Positions 5,814-15,788 of a stretch of 34,164 nt of DNA are shown one piece after another. The stretch's first letter is position 1; every line of letters starts with the position of its first letter. The stretch lies in the IMG/VR virus record IMGVR_UViG_2974732849_000001; one strand, given 5' to 3'. Origin of the DNA: a virus. Lineage: Duplodnaviria > Heunggongvirae > Uroviricota > Caudoviricetes > Crassvirales. The notes under the pieces were generated by a model. It was not told the DNA's origin and made no database searches. It saw only the letters and a list, made by a program, of their open reading frames with translations. A program made the position numbers and the translations under genes.

Positions 5814-6194
5814 ATGGAGAAGCCTAATAATATAGCAAGAGTACCATGCTCTCTAGACAAAAGCTTCTTCAGGTATTGGCTCATGTTCCTAGAACCTTTT
5901 CATAAGTTAACCAAAAGAGAGATAGATGTTGCTGCATCTTTTGTGAAGCAAAGATATGAACTCAGTAAAGTTATCAAGGACAGTGAAATACTTGATAGGG
6001 TTACAATGAGTGAGGATACAAAGAAGAAGGTGAGGGAAGAGTGTAATATTACTCTTCCACACTTTCAAGTAATTTTGGGTAAATTAAGGAAGAACAAAGT
6101 CATAGTAGATGGCAAGATAAATCCCAAATTCATCCCTAATATCAATGCAGATAATGATGCCTTCCAGTTGTTATTACTCTTTGAGTTAAAATGA
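5814..6194 (+). CDS. Putative winged-helix DNA-binding protein
   Basis: LTKREIDVAA...KVREECNITLPHFQVILGKLRKNKVI HTH-like pattern. Confidence 0.5.
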   Translation: MEKPNNIARVPCSLDKSFFRYWLMFLEPFHKLTKREIDVAASFVKQRYELSKVIKDSEILDRVTMSEDTKKKVREECNITLPHFQVILGKLRKNKVIVDGKINPKFIPNINADNDAFQLLLLFELK

Positions 6195-6463
6195 CATATT
6201 CTGATATAATTGGTAAAGTTTCCAGTGAGTTGAACCTGCCTGCTAAGCTGGTAGATAGAACATACAGGGCATTTTGGTTATTCATTAACCAATCCATACA
6301 ATCCTTGCCATTAAGGGAAGATATTGATGAGGAGGATTTTGCTAAGTTGAAAACAAACTTTAATATTCCTTCATTAGGTAAGTTGACTTGTACCTATGAT
6401 AGAATGTTGGGAGTTAAGAAAAGGTTTAAGATTATAAAACAGTTAAGGGAGAAGAAATGCTAA
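6191..6463 (+). CDS. HU/IHF-like DNA-binding protein
   Basis: IIGKVSSELNLPAKLVDRTY helices and NFNIPSLGKL strand, HU-like. Confidence 0.65.
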   Translation: MTYSDIIGKVSSELNLPAKLVDRTYRAFWLFINQSIQSLPLREDIDEEDFAKLKTNFNIPSLGKLTCTYDRMLGVKKRFKIIKQLREKKC

Positions 6464-6882
6464 AGGTTAAAAAGATAAGGCCAATGTTCACTGCACTTAT
6501 CACTACTATGAACAAGTATGAGCATGATGTAGTGACTGAAGGTGGACTTATTGATACCACAAAACAGCAAGGAGGGTTAAAAGAATACCAGACTGTTCTT
6601 GCAGTGGGAGATTCAGTAAGGAATATAAAGGTTGGAGATTTGGTTTGCATAAACCCAACAAGATATGCAGTCAAACAGCATAGAGAAGGTACACTAAAAG
6701 ATGGAATTGTAACTGATAATCCAGTTATCAAATACAACTTTGATGTTGTTGAAATGGATGGACAGCAATGTCTACTCCTTCAAGACAGGGATATAGACTT
6801 TGTGGTAGAGGAGTGGGAAGAAGTTCCTGACCCTACTCCATCTCCAATTATCCAACCAGACAAGAAAAGACTAATTGTATAA
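6457..6882 (+). CDS. GroES/Cpn10-like co-chaperonin
   Basis: IRPMF...TEGGLI...VLAVGDSVRNIKVGDLV...LLLQDRDI follows the Cpn10 pattern. Confidence 0.65.
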   Translation: MLKVKKIRPMFTALITTMNKYEHDVVTEGGLIDTTKQQGGLKEYQTVLAVGDSVRNIKVGDLVCINPTRYAVKQHREGTLKDGIVTDNPVIKYNFDVVEMDGQQCLLLQDRDIDFVVEEWEEVPDPTPSPIIQPDKKRLIV

Positions 6883-6885
6883 TAC

Positions 6886-6926
6886 AAAAGAGTATCAGGA
6901 ATACTATTCTGATACTCTTTTTTTTT
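6886..6926 (+). terminator. Intrinsic terminator after the GroES-like gene
   Basis: AAAAGAGTATCAG/CTGATACTCTTTT stem followed by a T-run. Confidence 0.8.
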
Positions 6927-6937
6927 ACCAATACTTT

Positions 6938-7477
6938 ATGATAAAATTATTCAGATACGAAGGATATAAGATAATAATATCTGAGGAAGCTCTTGCCCTA
7001 AAGCCATTCAAGCAAATTTGGCAAAGAGATAGGACTGTTAACAAGGATAAGGCAATCGCAGAATTGGGATTTATATATTTTTTCTGTGACCCTAGAAGTG
7101 ATTACCAATATCTTGTTGATGAGGATGAGAGAAAGGAAGCTATTAAAGAGGGAGAAGGTATGCCTCCCAAATGGGAGCCTGATAAAGTAGTAAAGGATGC
7201 TATGGAGTTTTACATGTCCTTTAAGCCAATCTCCGCTTTACTTCTTGAAGACACGAGATTCATGGTTGATAAGTTCAGGGCAAAGCTTAGGAGCATTGAT
7301 TTTGACAGTCTTGAAGTAAAGGAATTTAAGGAGATTACCAGCATTGTAAAGCAGATTACTCCACTTGTCAAGGATTTGGATGAAGCAGAAAAGGCCCTCA
7401 ATTCAGAAATAAGAAACTCAGGAAAGATGAGAGGTTCAGGAGAGAAGACAATATTTGAAGATGACTTAGCAATATAA
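6938..7477 (+). CDS. Conserved crassvirus protein upstream of TerL, possible small terminase (probable start 6938)
   Basis: ORF track (6875 start overlaps the terminator region); position and helical sequence only, TerS role is inference. Confidence 0.55.
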   Translation: MIKLFRYEGYKIIISEEALALKPFKQIWQRDRTVNKDKAIAELGFIYFFCDPRSDYQYLVDEDERKEAIKEGEGMPPKWEPDKVVKDAMEFYMSFKPISALLLEDTRFMVDKFRAKLRSIDFDSLEVKEFKEITSIVKQITPLVKDLDEAEKALNSEIRNSGKMRGSGEKTIFEDDLAI

Positions 7478-7479
7478 TT

Positions 7480-7821
7480 ATGTTAGAACACTTTATAGAG
7501 GGACTTAATAATCATATTAAGGGAAGAAGAGAAGTTTTGGGTATTCAGACTACAGGCCATTTGGTTTTGCAAAGAGAGATTATCCCACATAGTACTTTTA
7601 AGGTTTTGAAGACTTATAAGTATACTGTTTGGTTTGTCAAAGATTTCAAGACATATGAGGTACTTACACTAAAGCATACAGTAAGGTCTCTTACTGGTCA
7701 GGAAGAGTCTGTGAATAAGGATATGAGTGTCACATTATCTGAAATGTTGTTTAATTGGGTAGGTTCATCATTCTATGATGAAGTCATAAGGGGAGAATAT
7801 AATGGAATTTCAGAGGATTAA
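7480..7821 (+). CDS. Hypothetical protein
   Basis: ORF track; overlaps the TerL start. Confidence 0.7.
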   Translation: MLEHFIEGLNNHIKGRREVLGIQTTGHLVLQREIIPHSTFKVLKTYKYTVWFVKDFKTYEVLTLKHTVRSLTGQEESVNKDMSVTLSEMLFNWVGSSFYDEVIRGEYNGISED

Positions 7822-10090
7822 AATGAACAAATATCAGACTGAGCTTACTGAGGAATTGGTTAATAGCCTTCCTCAGGAAGTTCAGGACCAATTATTTGAT
7901 ATTATAAATAATGTAGAGTTTGTCAAGAGACTGATAAGTCCTACAAGAGAATATGCCAAAGACAGGCCAAGGGATGATAAGGGTAGAATTATTGTAGATT
8001 TAGCCAATCCCCATATACTTGAGAATATGGATTACTTCAGGCCATCTGCCATACATTATGAGAAGTATGGTACATTTACCAACCTTAGACCTAATGCCAA
8101 TCCTAATAGTGAATATGGTAAGTGGATAAGAGAAGAGAGAAGAAGGATTTGGGATGGATATGTAAGGGAATCTGATGGAGAATGGGTTACAGGATATTTG
8201 TATTGGTTCCTTAATTATTCTCCTATGATGCTATCCAAGATTAGGGAGTATAAAGATAAGGATGGTAAAAAGAGGAAGTCAAAGAGGGCAGATAGAGTAG
8301 AGTCATTACCTGAGTGCTGGGAAGGTATATATTGGAGATTCCATTGCTTAGACCAAGCATCAAATGGTGGCCTTTACAACAACTTTGAAGGAGGTCAGCA
8401 CATGGCTGAGCTTGCATCCAGAGGTAAAGGTAAGTCATATAGTCTTGCATCAATTCTCAATCACATATTTGTAGTGGGTGAGAACGAGGAGGCACATGAG
8501 AAAGTAAAGGGTATAGTAACTGCTTATCAGAAGGAGTATCTAACCAAGGATGGTGTACTTAATAAGTTTGTAGATATGGCTAACTTCTGTGCAACTAATA
8601 CCCAGTTCCCAAGAAAGAGATTAAAGAACTCTTTACAGGAAATGACTTGGATAATGGGGTATAAGGATGTGGAACTGGACATCGAAAGAGGTACCCAGAA
8701 TACAGTCTTAGGTGTATCATCTAAGGATGATGAATCTAAGTTGAGAGGTAAGAGAGCTGCCAAGATTCTTATCGAGGAGTTTGGTACTTTCCCTAGACTT
8801 GTAGACCTATATAATGTATTGTTACCTTCAGTACAGGATGGTGATATTATCTTTGGACAAATCTATATGTTAGGTACTGCTGGTGATAATGAATCAGACT
8901 TTGCTGGTGCCCAAGAAATCATGTATAATCCAAGGGGTTACAATATGTATGCCTTACCTAATGTGTTTGATAAGTATAATCAGGGTAAGCCTTATTTTGT
9001 GTTCTTCTTCCCCGGTTATGTAAACAGAAAAGGATGCTACAATGAAGATGGGGTATCTGATATTATCAAGGCACTGATTGAGATTCTTATGAACAGATAC
9101 AGGGTAAAGTATAATTCTACTGACCCTAATACTATTATCAAGACTATTGCTGAGGTTCCTATTACACCTGCTGAAGCTATTGTGAAGACAGGTGTAAACA
9201 TGTTCCCTGTAGCTGATTTGACTGAAAGAATAGGTCAACTGGATTCCAATCCTACAGAATATAATGATGTCTATGTAGGCGATTTGGTATTTGGCAAGGA
9301 TGGCCAAGTGGAGTATAAGCCTACTTCTGCACAGCCTATCAGAGATTTCCCACATAAGGACAATAAGATTGAGGGAGCTATCGAGATATTTCAGATGCCT
9401 GAGATTGATAAGAATACCAACAAACCTTACAATGACAGGTATATATTAGGTGCTGACCCTTATGATGATGATGAGTCAAATACTATGTCATTAGGTTCCA
9501 TATTTGTATTGGATTTGTGGACTGATAGAATAGTAGCTGAATACACAGGAAGACCTTCTTTTGCAGATGATTACTATGAAATTTGCAGAAAACTGTGCCT
9601 CTTCTATAATGGCAGACTGAACTACGAGTATAACAAGAAAGGCTTATTTTCCCACTTCTCGACAAGAAATAGCCTTTATCTGCTTACAGATGTGTTGGAT
9701 TTCTTGAAGGAGAAGCAGATGATGAAGGATGGGATAGGTAATAAGAGTAAAGGTACTAATGCCTCACCTGCCATAAATGCCTATGCAAGAAGTAGGTTGA
9801 GAAGTTGGTTACTGTCCCCAGTTCCTGTTATTCAGACTATTGATGGAGAAAGTAAGGAAGTAATGGTTCCAAGACTGTTTACTGTAAGAAACAGGGCACT
9901 ATTAAAGGAGCTTATCAACTACAACTCTGAGGGCAACTTTGATAGAATATCAGCTATGGGAATGTTGATGCTCCTCAGAGAAGATAAAATGATAAAGTAC
10001 CAAGGTAATGTAGGTAGGGACAGGCAAGAGAATGCTGAAAATAGCTATGATGGGGAAGACCCATTCTTCAAGAGAAATTATCGTCCTTGA
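7802..10090 (+). CDS. terL: Terminase large subunit
   Basis: Walker A-like ASRGKGKS, Walker B ILIEEFG, coupling motif LGTAG, RNase H-like nuclease ILGADPYDD and FDRISA. Confidence 0.95.
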   Translation: MEFQRIKMNKYQTELTEELVNSLPQEVQDQLFDIINNVEFVKRLISPTREYAKDRPRDDKGRIIVDLANPHILENMDYFRPSAIHYEKYGTFTNLRPNANPNSEYGKWIREERRRIWDGYVRESDGEWVTGYLYWFLNYSPMMLSKIREYKDKDGKKRKSKRADRVESLPECWEGIYWRFHCLDQASNGGLYNNFEGGQHMAELASRGKGKSYSLASILNHIFVVGENEEAHEKVKGIVTAYQKEYLTKDGVLNKFVDMANFCATNTQFPRKRLKNSLQEMTWIMGYKDVELDIERGTQNTVLGVSSKDDESKLRGKRAAKILIEEFGTFPRLVDLYNVLLPSVQDGDIIFGQIYMLGTAGDNESDFAGAQEIMYNPRGYNMYALPNVFDKYNQGKPYFVFFFPGYVNRKGCYNEDGVSDIIKALIEILMNRYRVKYNSTDPNTIIKTIAEVPITPAEAIVKTGVNMFPVADLTERIGQLDSNPTEYNDVYVGDLVFGKDGQVEYKPTSAQPIRDFPHKDNKIEGAIEIFQMPEIDKNTNKPYNDRYILGADPYDDDESNTMSLGSIFVLDLWTDRIVAEYTGRPSFADDYYEICRKLCLFYNGRLNYEYNKKGLFSHFSTRNSLYLLTDVLDFLKEKQMMKDGIGNKSKGTNASPAINAYARSRLRSWLLSPVPVIQTIDGESKEVMVPRLFTVRNRALLKELINYNSEGNFDRISAMGMLMLLREDKMIKYQGNVGRDRQENAENSYDGEDPFFKRNYRP

Positions 10091-10145
10091 CCTTGTCAGT
10101 AAATTTAGTAAAACGGGAATGGACACTTAATAAATTATTTATATA

Positions 10146-10177
10146 CTTGCATGGAATTATATTTTTATTTAACTTTG
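10146..10177 (+). promoter_or_regulatory. Bacteroidota promoter P4
   Basis: CTTG (10146-10149), 20 nt, TAACTTTG (10170-10177). Confidence 0.8.
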
Positions 10178-10199
10178 CAAAGTAACTAGATTGAAGTAT

Positions 10200-10883
10200 A
10201 TGGAAGAGAAGTACATAGTATACCTACATATAAATAAGACAAATAATAAAGTCTATGTAGGAATAACTTCTATGGCTGTTAATAATAGATGGAGAGAAGG
10301 AAAGGGCTACATAAAATGTGAAATTATGAATAGGGCTATTCTAAAGTATGGCTGGAATAATTTTGAGCATATTATATTGTGTAAAACCTCCAAAGATAGA
10401 GCAATTGTTTTGGAACAATATCTTATCAGACATTACAAGAGAAAAGGGCTAAGCTACAATATATCTAATGGTGGACAAGGCGTAGGAACAGTTAGTGAAT
10501 ATACTAAGAATAAGCTCAGAAAATACGTAGGTAGTAAAGCCTCCATGTATGGCAAACATCCATCAAAAGAAACTATAGAGAAAAGAGTTTCTACAAGAAA
10601 GGCTCTTGGTCATTATGCAAAAGATATGCCTTGGCTAGCTAAATATAGGCTTAGAAAAGGCAAAGATAGTCCTTTATTTGGGAAAGCTCCAAGTGAGAAT
10701 ACCTTGTTAGCACATAGAAAAATAATACTTCAATTTAATTTAGATGGAGAGTTTATAAAAGAATTTAATTCAATTAAGGAAGCCTCTGAGGAGATTGGTG
10801 TTTCCAAGTCAGCAATTGTACACTGCCTGAAAGGAAAGACTAAAAAGGCAGGGGGATATAAATGGAAATATAAGTATGAGTGA
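10200..10883 (+). mobile_element. Free-standing GIY-YIG homing endonuclease with NUMOD3/NUMOD1-type DNA-binding modules
   Basis: YIVYLHINKTNNKVYVGIT, HPSKETIEKR repeat-like motif, C-terminal QFNLDGEFIKEFNSIKEA...AGGYKWKY; ATG at 10200 (track TTG 10191). Confidence 0.9.
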
Positions 10884-13305
10884 ATTTTGTCAATTGCCTC
10901 CTCAAAATCTGCCTTTTAATAAAAAGACTAAGGGGTGGAGAAAGAAGCATTTGGACTTTGCTGAGTCTAAGACATTTTTTAATTATAATCTTGTAAGGAA
11001 AAGTGTTATACATAAAAAAATTGCATATGACCTTCTTAATGGCAAGCTTCATATGAGTGACCTTGAGATGATATTGAATCCTGAAAAGATACAGGCAAGT
11101 TTTGTACCTAACAGGATTCAACATTATCCCATTATGAACAGTAAGTTAAATGTACTGAGGGGGGAAGAGAGTAAAAGAGCTTTTGATTGCAGGGTAGTGA
11201 TAACTAATCCTAATGCCATCTCTGAGATAGAGAATAATAAGAAACAGGAATTACTACAAAGACTGCAAGAATGGGTCTCAGCCCCTTATCAATCAGAAGA
11301 GGATGCTGCTAAGGAGCTTGAGAAAATAGGTGACTATTACACCTATGAATGGCAGGACATTAGAGAAATCAGAGCCAATGCCTTGTTGAATCATTATAAG
11401 AAGGAGTTGAATCTGCCCTTGATTCTCAACCAAGGGTTTATAGATGCAATGGCAACAGGGGAGGAAATGTACCAATGTGACATAGTAGGAGGAGAGCCAG
11501 TTGTTGAAAGGTTGAATCCCATGAAGGTTAGGATATTCAAGTCAGGATATAGCAATAGGGTTGAGGATGCTGACATGATAATCATTGAGGACTATTGGAG
11601 TCCCGGCAGGGTTATTGATACTTTCTATGACGTATTGACAAAGAAGGATATAGAGTACATAGAGAAGATACCTGACCATGTAGGACAGGCTGCTGTAGAC
11701 TCTATGGGCAATGTTGATGAAAGGTATGGATTTGTCAATAACTACATGATTGGGGATGAAATAGATACTGAAGCAGAAGGATTCTTTTGGGACCCCTTAG
11801 GAGGACAGGATGGTATAGCCAACTCCTTACTGCCCTTTGATGTTGCTGGAAATATCAGGGTACTTAGAGTATATTGGAAGTCAAGAAGGAGAATAAAGAA
11901 GATAAAAAGATATGACCCTCAAACAGGTGAAGAGATATTTAACTTCTATCCTGAGACCTATGTAGTAGATAAGGATGCTGGTGAAGAAGAGCAGATATTT
12001 TACATAAACGAGGCTTGGGAAGGAACAAAGATTGGTACTGACATATATGTCAATATGAGGCCAAGAGTAGTTCAATACAATAGACTCAGTAACCCTTCAA
12101 GGTGCCATTTTGGAGTCATAGGCTCAATTTATAATCTGAATGACAACAGGCCCTTTAGCTTGGTAGATATGATGAAGCCATATAATTACATGTATGATGT
12201 TATACATGACAGGCTTAATAAGCTACTGGCAAGGAACTGGGGAACATTATTAAGACTTGACTTTGCCAAAAAGCCTAAGGGTTGGGATGTAGAGAAGTGG
12301 TTGTACTATGCAAAGACTATGGGTGTTGCAGTTGAGGATAGCTTCAAAGAAGGTAACCTAGGTGCAGCCACAGGAAAAATCGCAGGTGCCCTGAATAATG
12401 CATCTACAGGAGCAATTCCTACATCTGACGGTAACCAGATACAGCAGTATATAAACCTTCTTGAGTTCATAAAGATGGAGATGACTGAGGTTGCTGGTAT
12501 TACTAAACAAAGGGAAGGTCAGGTAAGCAATAGAGAGACAGTAGGTGGAGTAGAAAGAAGTATGATGCAATCCTCATACATTACAGAATGGCTGTTTATG
12601 ACACATGATGATGTAAAGAGGAGAGTATATGAATGCTTACTTGAAACAAGTAAGGCTGCGTTGAAAGGAAGAACAAAGAAGTTTCAGTATATCCTCTCAG
12701 ACGGGTCTTTGAAAGTGATGGAGATAGATGGGGATGAGTTTGCAGAGTCAGATTATGGGCTTGTAGTGGATAGTAGTAATGGAATTCAGGAACTGAACTC
12801 AAAACTTGATACTTTGGCACAAGCAGCTTTGCAGAATCAGGCTTTGACATTCTCAACTATTATGAAGTTGTTTGGCTCATCTTCACTTGCTGAAAAGCAA
12901 AGGCTTGTTGAAAAGGATGAGAGAAATCTACAGGAAAGACAGGCTCAGGCACAGCAACAGCAATTACAGGTACAGCAACAGGAAATAGAGCAAAAGGCTC
13001 AATTGGAGCAAGCTAAGTTGCAACAGGAAGATGCCCTCAATAGAAGAGATAATGAGACCAAGATACTGATTGCACAAATGCAGGCTATGAGTAAAAGTAG
13101 TGAAGATGGGGATTCTATGGAATCAGAGTATTCACAGGAGGCCAAAGACAAACTACTTGAGCAGATAAGGGAATTTGATTTAAGACTTAAGCTTGATAAG
13201 GAAAGGCTAGAGCATGATAAGGAGAAGGCTGAAATTGATGCAAGGCTCAAGGAAAAACAAATAAATAAGCAGAAAGCAACTTCTAATAACAATAATAAGC
13301 AATGA
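10876..13305 (+). CDS. Portal protein
   Basis: 809 aa after TerL; LPFNKKTKGWRK...HYPIMNSKLNVLRGEESKR matches crassvirus portals (recall); Q-rich coiled-coil C-terminus. Confidence 0.93.
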   Translation: MSEFCQLPPQNLPFNKKTKGWRKKHLDFAESKTFFNYNLVRKSVIHKKIAYDLLNGKLHMSDLEMILNPEKIQASFVPNRIQHYPIMNSKLNVLRGEESKRAFDCRVVITNPNAISEIENNKKQELLQRLQEWVSAPYQSEEDAAKELEKIGDYYTYEWQDIREIRANALLNHYKKELNLPLILNQGFIDAMATGEEMYQCDIVGGEPVVERLNPMKVRIFKSGYSNRVEDADMIIIEDYWSPGRVIDTFYDVLTKKDIEYIEKIPDHVGQAAVDSMGNVDERYGFVNNYMIGDEIDTEAEGFFWDPLGGQDGIANSLLPFDVAGNIRVLRVYWKSRRRIKKIKRYDPQTGEEIFNFYPETYVVDKDAGEEEQIFYINEAWEGTKIGTDIYVNMRPRVVQYNRLSNPSRCHFGVIGSIYNLNDNRPFSLVDMMKPYNYMYDVIHDRLNKLLARNWGTLLRLDFAKKPKGWDVEKWLYYAKTMGVAVEDSFKEGNLGAATGKIAGALNNASTGAIPTSDGNQIQQYINLLEFIKMEMTEVAGITKQREGQVSNRETVGGVERSMMQSSYITEWLFMTHDDVKRRVYECLLETSKAALKGRTKKFQYILSDGSLKVMEIDGDEFAESDYGLVVDSSNGIQELNSKLDTLAQAALQNQALTFSTIMKLFGSSSLAEKQRLVEKDERNLQERQAQAQQQQLQVQQQEIEQKAQLEQAKLQQEDALNRRDNETKILIAQMQAMSKSSEDGDSMESEYSQEAKDKLLEQIREFDLRLKLDKERLEHDKEKAEIDARLKEKQINKQKATSNNNNKQ

Positions 13306-14189
13306 AAAGATTTAGAGATATTATACAAGATATAAAAGCTCCAAGTACAAGTGACCTCTGGATTAATAATGGAGAGTTGAAGTACTATACTAGTAATGGC
13401 TGGAAAGCCATTGCTGGTAATGGCTCTTCCGATGTATATGTTCTACCGGGTAACCTTCAAACAACAGAAGGATGGTATACAACAGACGTAGAATCTATTG
13501 TAGGGAATTGGGATGAGTTTATAAAAGCTGCCTCAAGTGGTAAAGTGATTATTGGTTGTATTGAAGGTGACCTTAATTACACTATTTACATGAATCTTAC
13601 ACTAATTACTTACGATGGTAATAATGTACTTATATTGGTTTCCATAGCAAATTGTTTTTATTCGTGGGCAGCCTACAAGACTGAAGATGATAGTTCTATA
13701 AATTTTGCAGGTATTACTGAACTACTCCTCAATTCTTCTGTTATAAACTCCTTAAATTCTCCTTCTACAACTGCTCCTCTATCAGCCAACCAAGGTAGGA
13801 TTTTGAATGAAAAGATAGTAAAACTAGAGAGTAAGTCTAATGTTGCAGTGCTTACACCTACAGGTACAAAACTAATGGAGTTGGTATCCAGTAGTCCTAA
13901 TGTTACACAAGAGCAGTTGGTTGAAGCAGGCTTCACTCCTGAAATATGTAGAAGGTTGAATGCTGGAGAAGTGATTTACATGAGTGGTGAATGTGCTAGT
14001 TTTGGTAATGATGCTTTGTATCCAATACATGGTATTGCCCCTAATTCCTCTCCTGACTTAGTACCGTCTAGATTGTGCTACTGTCACTATAGTAGTTATA
14101 ATGCGGATGGCACTGCTAATGGAGGGTGCTTTACTACAATTAAGAAGCAATCCTCAGGTCAGTACCTTGTAGATTATATTGAGTTGTAG
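13302..14189 (+). CDS. Putative head/tail fibre protein
   Basis: N-terminal APSTSDLWINNGELKYYTSNGWKAI fibre motif; internal PLSANQGRILNEK repeat; directly after portal. Confidence 0.6.
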   Translation: MKRFRDIIQDIKAPSTSDLWINNGELKYYTSNGWKAIAGNGSSDVYVLPGNLQTTEGWYTTDVESIVGNWDEFIKAASSGKVIIGCIEGDLNYTIYMNLTLITYDGNNVLILVSIANCFYSWAAYKTEDDSSINFAGITELLLNSSVINSLNSPSTTAPLSANQGRILNEKIVKLESKSNVAVLTPTGTKLMELVSSSPNVTQEQLVEAGFTPEICRRLNAGEVIYMSGECASFGNDALYPIHGIAPNSSPDLVPSRLCYCHYSSYNADGTANGGCFTTIKKQSSGQYLVDYIEL

Positions 14190-14190
14190 T

Positions 14191-14343
14191 ATGGAAATGA
14201 TGAAAAAGAAACAGGTTGTTGCTTCCCATAATAGAGAGCCTCTTATAGAGAATCTATGGTTAAGGGATGGCAAGTTGCTATACTTTGTCAATGGAGAGTG
14301 GCAACCTGTATTAGGTCAAGATTCTAAAGTAATTATAGAGTAA
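14191..14343 (+). CDS. 50-aa paralog of the N-terminal domain of 13302-14189
   Basis: Hand translation MEMMKKKQVVASHNREPLIENLWLRDGKLLYFVNGEWQPVLGQDSKVIIE. Confidence 0.65.
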   Translation: MEMMKKKQVVASHNREPLIENLWLRDGKLLYFVNGEWQPVLGQDSKVIIE

Positions 14344-14344
14344 C

Positions 14345-14536
14345 ATGTTCACTAAGAATCAAATAGAAGAAATTAGAGACAAATTGGCTCAGTTGGGAAT
14401 CAAGGATACAGAGTTTAAGGTAACAGAAGAAGTATCTGAAGATGATATGATAGCCATTGTCTCAGGTGGTGAGAATAAGACAATCCTGTTGAAAGACCTA
14501 TTGAGTGAAGCAGCAGGTACTATTATTATCGAATAA
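14345..14536 (+). CDS. Stand-alone fibre N-terminal anchor-like domain
   Basis: MFTKNQIEEI...KDTEF...IAIVSGGENKTI resembles crassvirus tail-fibre N-termini (recall). Confidence 0.5.
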   Translation: MFTKNQIEEIRDKLAQLGIKDTEFKVTEEVSEDDMIAIVSGGENKTILLKDLLSEAAGTIIIE

Positions 14537-14551
14537 AAAAAAAAAAAAAAA

Positions 14552-15778
14552 ATGAAGATTATTAATTCAATTATGCCAATGAGTGACATAGAAGCACTGG
14601 CAGCAAATGGACAAAAACTAAGAGTAGCGGTAACAAAGACTTCCGCACAAGGTAAGGCAGCACAGAGTGCTACCCCAAACCTAATGAGCTTTAGTACCGA
14701 TGAAAACAGTGTGTGGTTTAATGGGAAGATGTATGGGGTACATAAATTTAATAATGTTTCAAGCCTGAATACTAACTCAACAGCAGAACAGGTATTGTCT
14801 GCTTTGAATGTCAGTAAATCTTCTGAACTTTATGATTTAGCCCATAAAGGTGTACTTTTCATAGATACCGTTTCTGGAAATACGATGGTAAAATATGAAG
14901 ATGGGGGTGACACTTTCCAACTCTATATACCAAGCTCAGATTCAAGGTCAATAGAGAGACTTACTATTACTGTATCTAGTAATAAAGTGACAGGGTTGAC
15001 CACTATATCTCATTTAACAGTTGATGATATCAGGAATACTCTGACCTCTACTGAGACTAACAAGGCTCTTTCAGCAGCTCAAGGTAAGGCTCTTAATGAC
15101 AGAATCTCAGGTTTGGGTAATGTGTATAGAGTGAAGGGTACTAAGACTAACTTATCTGATGTACTAGCCCTTACTAATGCAGGGGTTGGTGATGTTTGGA
15201 ATGTGACTAATGCCTTTACTTTAGGTGGTAAGCCATATCCTGCAAATACCAATGTTGTATGTATTACAGCAACTAGCTCATCTGACCACGATGAAGGAAA
15301 TTGGGACCCGTTGGGAGGTACTGTTAATTTGAGTGCTTATGTGCCTAAGAGTGATATAGTTGATAACCTATCAACTTCAGATTCAAAAAAGCCTCTCTCT
15401 GCTAAACAAGGACTTGCCCTTGCTACTATGATAACGGAATTAGAAGATAATAAGGAGACCTATCAGCTTCTCAAAACATTTGAAAGTGGCACACTATCCA
15501 CTCAGAGTGAAATAGATGCTATTCTAGGTCCCTATAGTAGCTTCAATGCCGCCCTTAATGCAGGTAAGGTAATACATGGAGTATATAAAGACAGCATCAA
15601 CAGAATGAATACAGTAGCATTCTCAGCATTCAATGATACTACTAACAGTAGGGTTAGAATGTTTGCGATACTGAATAATTCTACCTTACTATATATGCAG
15701 GCTACTTATAGTGGGACTAATTGGACTAGTGCTACCACAAATGAAGAGTCTTTTAGTGCAAGCATCACTATAGAATAA
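14552..15778 (+). CDS. Putative tail fibre/structural protein
   Basis: Two D/N-L-T/S-x4-K-A/P-LSAxQG fibre repeats; S/T/G-rich. Confidence 0.65.
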   Translation: MKIINSIMPMSDIEALAANGQKLRVAVTKTSAQGKAAQSATPNLMSFSTDENSVWFNGKMYGVHKFNNVSSLNTNSTAEQVLSALNVSKSSELYDLAHKGVLFIDTVSGNTMVKYEDGGDTFQLYIPSSDSRSIERLTITVSSNKVTGLTTISHLTVDDIRNTLTSTETNKALSAAQGKALNDRISGLGNVYRVKGTKTNLSDVLALTNAGVGDVWNVTNAFTLGGKPYPANTNVVCITATSSSDHDEGNWDPLGGTVNLSAYVPKSDIVDNLSTSDSKKPLSAKQGLALATMITELEDNKETYQLLKTFESGTLSTQSEIDAILGPYSSFNAALNAGKVIHGVYKDSINRMNTVAFSAFNDTTNSRVRMFAILNNSTLLYMQATYSGTNWTSATTNEESFSASITIE

Positions 15779-15788
15779 AAAAAAAGTT

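Noticed and set aside
6875-6937. N-terminal extension MYNTKEYQEYYSDTLFFYQYF of the 6875 ORF
   Set aside because: It overlaps a strong terminator hairpin; ATG 6938 is the better start
14535-14552. Poly-A phase-variation frameshift switch
   Set aside because: The stop TAA precedes the run, so length changes cannot fuse or break the ORFs without readthrough
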